Source of the DNA: Candidatus Altiarchaeota archaeon
GTDB taxonomy: Archaea; Altiarchaeota; Altiarchaeia; IMC4; SCGC-AAA252-I15
Direction: 5' to 3'
Assembly (NCBI GenBank): GCA_043804895.1
Contig: JAZDIN010000048.1
Coordinates: 1 to 14,494 of the forward strand
Length of the DNA: 14,494 nt
The translations under genes and the position numbers were made by a program. The notes under the pieces were generated by a model. That model was not told the DNA's origin and did no database searches. It was given only the letters and a program-made list of their open reading frames with translations. Shown one piece after another: positions 1 through 4,760 of this stretch; the first letter of the stretch is position 1; each line of letters begins with the position of its first letter.

Positions 1-307
1 CCAAGTATGAGTTGACCGAACCGCTAAGCCACAGAGGAAGTGCCGCAATCAGCATACCAACTACCCACCCAAACGCTATGAGGCCCATCGAATGCTTGAA
101 CTGCAGTGTTTCGTTGGTGTGTAAAAATTTCCTAGCTAAAAAATAGATTATGCAGGCCACGTATATGCTGATGATAAAGTCCGTGAGCATATCCCATTCG
201 CCATATAACACTGCAACTGCAGCCGGCACTAGCATCATCAACCCGACACCAAGGAAGATATTTCCCAGGTGATAGCCTATCAGCCTCAGGTCCTTTCTGT
301 CAATCAC
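1..307 (-). CDS. trkH: TrkH-family potassium uptake membrane protein (N-terminal part, runs off window start)
   Basis: Manual translation from GTG at 307 (GTGA overlap with the upstream stop): MIDRKDLRLIGYHLGNIFLGVGLMMLVPAAVAVLYGEWDML...GLIAFGWVVGMLIAALPLWLSGSVNSYL. This resembles the TrkH N-terminal helices leading into the first pore loop. Not in the ORF track because it is truncated. Confidence 0.85.
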   Translation of the reverse strand, partial: MIDRKDLRLIGYHLGNIFLGVGLMMLVPAAVAVLYGEWDMLTDFIISIYVACIIYFLARKFLHTNETLQFKHSMGLIAFGWVVGMLIAALPLWLSGSVNSYL

Positions 308-984
308 GGGACCCACCCCATAATCAAGGCTACCAACACACAGACCACCGCGGCCAGTATTATCAGAAGTATCGTGAATGCAATCTCAGCAACCACACCA
401 GGTATGATATTTCTCCTTATCCTGAAGAATATCCTCCATGTGGGGGAGCTAATAACTGCCTTAGTCACCCTGTATTCCTCCTTAATCTTGTCGTAGAACA
501 GGACAATCACGATTAACCCGAGAAGAAACACCGTCAAGAGCTCAATCACACCAATCGGGTGAGTTACGGCCTTACCCTCTTCCACAACAGTCAGGGAGCT
601 ACAGTGTATGTCCAAGTCCCCTCCGTGGGCTGTGCAGGTCCTGTGGAATACTCCCGTAACCTCGATGGTATCGCCTTTCTTGTTGTAATCCCCCCAGAAT
701 TTTATTTTTCTGGCATCATCTGCAGGACAGAACAAGCCGATGGCGTAAGTTCCGTCATAAACGTTAACCCACGCATCTTCACCCCGGAACATCACAGGCC
801 CCACCACCTCCCCACGGTACAACACCACAGTATTGTCGTGCACGAAACTCTGGTTGATAAGCTCACCACTGGACAAAGCCACACCCACCCCTGAGGATTG
901 ACCAACTCCCTGCGCATCAGCCAGAGTGGGTAAGGCAACCACGCCCAAGAACAGATACGCCAGTAAAGTTGAAACTCTAGCCAT
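304..984 (-). CDS. Membrane-anchored OB-fold-like protein translationally coupled to trkH
   Basis: ORF 304..996; ATG at 984 preferred because GTGAGGGTG (SD-like) precedes it. N-terminal signal/TM segment, beta-rich domain (YRGEVVG...WVNVYDGTYAIGLF...GDTIEVTGVFHRTC..HGGDLDIH) and two C-terminal hydrophobic helices. Confidence 0.7.
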   Translation of the reverse strand: MARVSTLLAYLFLGVVALPTLADAQGVGQSSGVGVALSSGELINQSFVHDNTVVLYRGEVVGPVMFRGEDAWVNVYDGTYAIGLFCPADDARKIKFWGDYNKKGDTIEVTGVFHRTCTAHGGDLDIHCSSLTVVEEGKAVTHPIGVIELLTVFLLGLIVIVLFYDKIKEEYRVTKAVISSPTWRIFFRIRRNIIPGVVAEIAFTILLIILAAVVCVLVALIMGWVP

Positions 985-1158
985 CAACACCCTCACCCTA
1001 TAACCCTTAATGAACCCATTTTCCCAGCAGCCGAAAATCTAACACTTAGACCACCATACCTAGTAGATAGTTAAATCAATTAACGTTTGCTATCGAATAT
1101 AATGCAAACGACCATAAAAAGGGGATTAATGCTTTCCCAAATACTCAAATAATATACA

Positions 1159-1312
1159 AGCCCCCGGGGGGATTTGAACCCCCGACCTACCGATTGCTTT
1201 GAACCTGAATTCTCCCGTTTTTCTTTCTTTGAACCCGAGGGCCTTTCTTTCTTCCTAAGAAAGAAAGGGGCTCTTACAAGTCGGTCGCTCCACCAGTCTG
1301 AGCTACGGAGGC
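1159..1312 (-). tRNA. tRNA-Thr(UGU) with 80-nt intron at 37/38
   Basis: Acceptor GCCTCCG/CGGGGGC, D stem GCTC/GAGC, anticodon stem ACCGA/TCGGT, anticodon TGT at 1278-1276, T arm GGGGG-TTCAAAT-CCCCC, discriminator U. 74 nt after intron removal. Confidence 0.97.
1195..1274 (-). other. tRNA-Thr intron (80 nt) carrying a family C hairpin element at 1221-1274
   Basis: Bulges UA|A and CA|A, central helix CUUG/AAAG (3 pairs plus G.A mismatch), closing helix GAGCC/GGUUC. First 54 nt match the tRNA-Leu intron at 52/54. Confidence 0.93.
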
Positions 1313-1448
1313 GGGCTGTTTTTTGATGTCTTCACCGGGATGTTTAGTCCAGGGTCACTGATTTTTGTCGAATTGGCCCATTCGCCAGCCACGGTAAGGC
1401 TGGTTTGAGGGGGTTTTATGTTTAGGGTTTTTGTTGAATAAAAGGGAG

Positions 1449-3149
1449 TTAGAGGGGTATTTGTTTCGTCACCCAGATGGTGGTCATGCTTGTGTCTGCT
1501 TGTAGCATGCCGAATTTGAGGTCGTAGTATTCGGCGTTCTCGTAGAAGGTTACTTTGCGGCTTTGTGATTTGCCGTACTGGTCTACGACGCGTATGTTAG
1601 CTCCTGTTGAGCAGTTTATCTCGCGTATGAGGCGTTCCAGTTTCAGCGTGTAAGATTGGTAGTCTACCTCCTCAGTCGCTGTCAGGTTCAGTGTGTCGTA
1701 TTGGTAGGGTATTCTAGCGCATGGTTTGCATGGTCCGCCGCAGTCTATCCTTGCTTCACCCTGGTTTTGTATGCAGTCATGGCAGTTTCCTTGTCCCTCC
1801 CGCCCTTCCATGCAGTCGTCCTGTCCTTCGACGCATATTCTCCCCCAGCCGCATACTTCGAGCACTTCTACTGTTTTTTTGATTGTGCAGTTAGCGGGTG
1901 GCGTGCCGGGGTCCGTGCAGATGTTTCTGGTGCAGTTGGTTGTAGGGTTGGCGGCGACATTGCAGTAAGGGGTTATGCACGAGTCCTTTCCGCAGTCTGT
2001 GTTTGTGTTGCAGAGTGCGTCTGTGTTGTTGCATGGTCTGCATTGTCCGCCGCAGTCCACCTTCTCCTCCCCTTCATCGTAGTCTCTTATCTTGTTTCTG
2101 CAGTATTCCGGGTAGCATTCGCCAAGCCAGCAGTACTCCCAGTCTTCGCATCCTTTAACTAGGCGCGGCTCTATGGCGGTGTATTGGCAGTATGATTGCG
2201 GAGCGCCAGGGTGGATGCACATCTGTCTGATGTCCGGGTTTTTGACGTATTTGCCTTCGCAGAACGGCTTATAGGGTATCTCCTTCTCGCACATGCTGTT
2301 GTTGTAGCATTTGGCTGGCAGAGTGACTACCGTCGTTTCAGTGGTTTGTGTTGAGGAGGTTGTTGTGGAGGTCGTTGTCGCCTCAGTGGTTGCTGTTGTT
2401 ACTGGGGGACACTGGCTCGTATCAGCTGCCCAGCTCCCGTCCCAGCACTGGTATTTGGTTTCAGTTTTCGTGAGCGAAGGCAGAACAGTCGCACCGAGGG
2501 CTGCGACAATTATGATGAGTAGGAGCGGTATTGCGTATCTTAGGGGGGAGGCGCCGCCTGGTTTTTTCGGCCGAGGCTCCTCGAACTCGATTCGCCTGTC
2601 CTCGAGGGGTTCGAGTGAGGCTCGCGGAGTCTTGGTTTTAGGTTTCTCTACAGGCTCTTGGGTTTCCTCTGGTTCCGGAGACTTCGACCAGGATATCTGT
2701 GGTTTGGTAGTTTTGTTGGTTTCCTTCTCAGGCTGTGGTTTGGCTTGTACGGGAGTGGTCGGTTGGTCTATCTTCGGCGGTTGCTCGGGTTTAGGTTTGA
2801 CTGGAATCGTTACGGTCACAGCATGCCTGACGCGTTCCTTCTCTAACTCGGCTTTCAACTCGTCAAACTCTTTTTCATCTTCTTCTGGTTGGGGTTTCGT
2901 TATCGCTTTAGGCTGCGGTGGTTCGGGCTTCTTCATACCCTGGTTTGCCCTCTCCCTCTGAAGTTCAGCCTTTAACTCGTTAAATTCCTTCTCATCATTT
3001 TTTGCTGGCTGCTGCTCTGGAGGCTTGGATTGTGCCTGCGGGGTAGTCGGCGCGATGGGCTTCTTTTTGGCGCGCTCCTTCTCCAACTCAGCCTTAAGGC
3101 CTTCCAACTCCTCATCCAACTCCTCAGAGTCCTCATCAGGTTCAGGCAT
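1449..3149 (-). CDS. Single-pass membrane protein: charged/Pro-rich N-terminus, Thr linker, Cys-rich extracellular region
   Basis: 566-aa ORF. Three LKAEL(E/Q)(K/R)ER coiled-coil repeats, TM YAIPLLLIIIVAALGATVL, poly-Thr linker, two DCGGxCxPC motifs and two 8-Cys modules. Confidence 0.85.
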   Translation of the reverse strand: MPEPDEDSEELDEELEGLKAELEKERAKKKPIAPTTPQAQSKPPEQQPAKNDEKEFNELKAELQRERANQGMKKPEPPQPKAITKPQPEEDEKEFDELKAELEKERVRHAVTVTIPVKPKPEQPPKIDQPTTPVQAKPQPEKETNKTTKPQISWSKSPEPEETQEPVEKPKTKTPRASLEPLEDRRIEFEEPRPKKPGGASPLRYAIPLLLIIIVAALGATVLPSLTKTETKYQCWDGSWAADTSQCPPVTTATTEATTTSTTTSSTQTTETTVVTLPAKCYNNSMCEKEIPYKPFCEGKYVKNPDIRQMCIHPGAPQSYCQYTAIEPRLVKGCEDWEYCWLGECYPEYCRNKIRDYDEGEEKVDCGGQCRPCNNTDALCNTNTDCGKDSCITPYCNVAANPTTNCTRNICTDPGTPPANCTIKKTVEVLEVCGWGRICVEGQDDCMEGREGQGNCHDCIQNQGEARIDCGGPCKPCARIPYQYDTLNLTATEEVDYQSYTLKLERLIREINCSTGANIRVVDQYGKSQSRKVTFYENAEYYDLKFGMLQADTSMTTIWVTKQIPL

Positions 3150-3275
3150 ATGGTAGACATTAAACGAGGAGGGTAAAAAACAGGCTTAAAGAGGCTAAAG
3201 CAGTCTCAGAACCGTTTAGTTAGTTCACGCCGAAACGAATTCAAGTCACATTTGATGTGACGATGCATCTAACAG

Positions 3276-3333
3276 TCAGAGGGACTGAAGCGTCAGCGGA
3301 AGTCCCTCCTTCGTGAACCTTAGTAAGGTTCTA
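3276..3333. repeat. Family A double-hairpin repeat, copy 1 (abuts 3' end of tRNA-Pro)
   Basis: gagggact...agtccctc stem then gaacctt-agt-aaggttc stem; homologous to 4052-4161. Confidence 0.85.
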
Positions 3334-3406
3334 TGGGACCGCTGCGATTTGAACGCAGGTCACCAGCACCCCAAGCTGGGAGGATTCCAAGCTACCCCAC
3401 GGTCCC
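3334..3406 (-). tRNA. tRNA-Pro(GGG), no intron
   Basis: Acceptor GGGACCG/CGGTCCC, anticodon arm CCAGC-TTGGGGT-GCTGG, T arm CTGCG-TTCAAAT-CGCAG, discriminator A; 73 nt. Confidence 0.97.
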
Positions 3407-3434
3407 GTCGGTTTGTTGTTTTAGGTTTTTCTTG

Positions 3435-3443
3435 CTTATAATT
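3435..3443 (-). promoter_or_regulatory. Probable TATA box for tRNA-Pro
   Basis: AATTATAAG about 30 nt upstream of the mature 5' end at 3406. Confidence 0.55.
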
Positions 3444-3446
3444 GGA

Positions 3447-4004
3447 CTAGTCTAGGGGTTTTATTTGGTAGCAGGTTCCGTCTGGTTTGAGGATTGGTTT
3501 GTCTGTTTTTGTTGCGGTGGCTGCTGCTGCGGCAAGGGGTACGTTCTCGGTTATTAGGGCCTTTATCATGTTTGGGGGTATTGGTTGGGTTATCCACGCG
3601 TATCCCCTGCCTTCATTGCCTTGGTCCCAGAACTCACGGTATGCTGGGAGCTTTTTCACCGCGTCGTCTATCACATAGATTATCCCTTTTTTGCTGAAGT
3701 AACCTGAGTATTTCACTGCGGAATTTTTCCTTGAGAGGCCTTTCAGTATTGTGATATTCTGGTTTTTGGAGTTGAGGCCTAGACATACCTGCCATTCGCG
3801 GTCTATTTTGTTGTCGTCAGTCTGCTGCGGGACTAGGCCGTATTTGAGGATGTTGTAGGGGTCGGCTTCGCTTCCGTGCATTATCAACCCTGGCAGGTTC
3901 AGGTCAATTGTTGGGGGGATGATTTTCGCAAGACCTATCACTTCTCTTTTGAGACCGTATTTCCTGGCATACTGTGTCACGTCAACCAGGTCAGTCAACG
4001 ACAT
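3447..4004 (-). CDS. Putative ADP-ribosyltransferase-fold protein resembling the NAD-binding lobe of RNA 2'-phosphotransferase Tpt1/KptA
   Basis: 185-aa ORF with ordered motifs LIMHGS (H43), NILKYGLVP, QVCLG, SAVKYS, IIYVID, AWITQPIPPNMI, paralleling LYHGT..I...GL.P..VHLS..A..VI..ID..VWL...VPP.YI of Tpt1/KptA-like domains. Recognised by eye, not by search. Confidence 0.6.
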   Translation of the reverse strand: MSLTDLVDVTQYARKYGLKREVIGLAKIIPPTIDLNLPGLIMHGSEADPYNILKYGLVPQQTDDNKIDREWQVCLGLNSKNQNITILKGLSRKNSAVKYSGYFSKKGIIYVIDDAVKKLPAYREFWDQGNEGRGYAWITQPIPPNMIKALITENVPLAAAAATATKTDKPILKPDGTCYQIKPLD

Positions 4005-4051
4005 AGTCTAGAATGTGTTTCTGCGAAGAAAAATAAGGGGGATTATCACGC

Positions 4052-4161
4052 TCAGAGGGACTGAGCGAAGCGAACACAACCGACCTTTGGTCGGGTGTGT
4101 GTCCGAGACGAACGTCTCGGCCACATGTCCCTCCTTTCGCGAGCCTTTGATAAAGGCTCTG
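4052..4161. repeat. Family A double-hairpin repeat, copy 2 (abuts 3' end of tRNA-Ala), interrupted by a family B insert
   Basis: tcagagggactgagcgaagcgaa[B]gtccctcc...gagccttt-gat-aaaggctct. Compensatory change gaacc/ggttc to gagcc/ggctc relative to copy 1. Confidence 0.85.
4075..4126. mobile_element. Family B 52-bp double-hairpin insert, copy 1 (putative non-autonomous element)
   Basis: cacaaccgac-ctttg-gtcgggtgtgtgtccgagac-gaac-gtctcggccacat. Second copy at 12182-12234; the empty site is at 3301/3302. Confidence 0.75.
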
Positions 4162-4274
4162 TGGACTCGTCGGGATTCGAACCCGAGGCCCCCACCATTC
4201 TGTCGACTGCGGCCGCCAAACGGCTTGCCGCGCCGTTGCCAAGGTGGTGATCTACCGGACTGATCTACGAGCCC
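4162..4274 (-). tRNA. tRNA-Ala(GGC) with 39-nt intron at 37/38
   Basis: Acceptor GGGCTCG/CGAGTCC with G3.U70, D stem GATC/GATC, anticodon stem CCACC/GGTGG, anticodon GGC at 4240-4238, T arm TCGGG-TTCGAAT-CCCGA; 74 nt spliced. Confidence 0.97.
4198..4236 (-). other. tRNA-Ala intron (39 nt, GC-rich hairpin)
   Basis: ACGGCGCGGCAAGCCGTTTGGCGGCCGCAGTCGACAGAA. Central helix UUGG/ACAG with G.A mismatch; closing helix CGGC/GUCG. Confidence 0.92.
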
Positions 4275-4278
4275 TTTG

Positions 4279-4327
4279 TTCTTTCTTTCCGTGCACGCTT
4301 TCTTTCTTTTTAAGAAAGAAAGGGTGC
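4279..4327. repeat. Family C (CTTT/AAAG hairpin) repeat filling the tRNA-Ser/tRNA-Ala spacer
   Basis: ttctttcttt-ccgtgcacg-ctttctttctt-ttt-aagaaagaaagg-gtgc. Same arms as the Thr/Leu intron element; homologous to 12160-12260. Confidence 0.85.
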
Positions 4328-4429
4328 GCAGGGGTTGGGATTTGAACCCAAGGGGCCTTTTGGGCCACAGACTTTCTGTCGTTTGTGGTTAGCAGGCCTG
4401 CGCGTTGGACCGGACTCTGCCACCCCTGC
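4327..4429 (-). tRNA. tRNA-Ser(GCU) with 16-nt intron at 37/38
   Basis: Acceptor GCAGGGG/CCCCTGC, discriminator G, anticodon stem CAGGC/GTCTG, anticodon GCT at 4393-4391, long variable arm GGCC-CAAAA-GGCC, T arm TTGGG-TTCAAAT-CCCAA; 87 nt spliced. Confidence 0.96.
4374..4389 (-). other. tRNA-Ser intron (16 nt)
   Basis: ACCACAAACGACAGAA; central helix CUGC/ACAG (3 pairs plus C.A mismatch). Confidence 0.9.
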
Positions 4430-4510
4430 TTTGTGTATTCCTCTGTATTCGTCTGTATTCGTAAGAGAAGGGGTGCGTGACATGAAGTGTCGCATACACC
4501 CCTGCTTTGT
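4421..4510. repeat. 14-bp direct repeat duplicating the tRNA-Ser 5' boundary around a 62-bp insert
   Basis: cacccctgctttgt at 4421-4434 and 4497-4510. The insert holds three gtattc units at 10-bp spacing and a hairpin. Confidence 0.8.
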
Positions 4511-4535
4511 TGTTGGTTGTTATTGTAGGCAGGGG

Positions 4536-4545
4536 TTAAATAAAA
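4536..4545 (-). promoter_or_regulatory. Probable TATA box for the tRNA-Ser/tRNA-Ala unit
   Basis: TTTTATTTAA about 26 nt upstream of the distal 14-bp repeat copy. Confidence 0.55.
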
Positions 4546-4558
4546 CTGAAGTTTGGGT

Positions 4559-4732
4559 TTAGATTTTTTGTGCTTCGTTTATTAGCATTATTGGTATGCC
4601 GTCTTCGACTTTGTATTTTAGTTTGCATTTCGGGCAGGTTAGGCTTTCCTCCGTCTTAGTGTCCTTGTAGGCGAGGTCGCCTTTGCATTTCGGGCATGCC
4701 ATTATGTCCAGGAGTTTCTTGTCGAGTGTCAT
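4559..4732 (-). CDS. trm112: Trm112-family methyltransferase activator (57 aa, zinc-binding)
   Basis: Manual translation: MTLDKKLLDIMACPKCKGDLAYKDTKTEESLTCPKCKLKYKVEDGIPIMLINEAQKI. LLDxxACPxCKGxL...LxCxxC..Y.V.DGIPxML signature. Below the ORF-track length cutoff. Confidence 0.93.
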   Translation of the reverse strand: MTLDKKLLDIMACPKCKGDLAYKDTKTEESLTCPKCKLKYKVEDGIPIMLINEAQKI

Positions 4733-4760
4733 GTTCTTACTTAGGTTTTTGGGTTATATA

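Noticed and set aside
1000-1158. c-di-AMP (ydaO) riboswitch upstream of the trk genes
   Set aside because: Short hairpins exist (e.g. cgtttgc/gcaaacg) but I see none of the conserved ydaO sequence blocks.
1195-1274. Intron-encoded C/D guide RNA or homing endonuclease (also 12308-12392)
   Set aside because: No RUGAUGA/CUGA box pair, and the introns are far too short to code.
1324-1361. Plus-strand C/D box sRNA (tgatgt...ctga)
   Set aside because: Only 38 nt, degenerate box C and no convincing internal D'/C' pair.
1656-2961. Long plus-strand ORFs here and at 9111..9752, 10254..10613 and similar
   Set aside because: Antisense shadows of well-supported minus-strand genes, with no recognisable motifs.
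3334-4274. Integrase-type island bounded by tRNA att sites around the ART-like ORF
   Set aside because: No integrase and no duplicated tRNA 3' half; Pro and Ala are both complete, different tRNAs.
4435-4510. Split or permuted tRNA half
   Set aside because: Only nt 1-9 of tRNA-Ser are repeated; no D arm, anticodon arm or trans-pairing leader.
3991-4562. ORFs 3991..4242, 4015..4263, 4310..4495 and 4335..4562 (also 12262..12486)
   Set aside because: They overlap tRNA genes and hairpin repeats; spurious.
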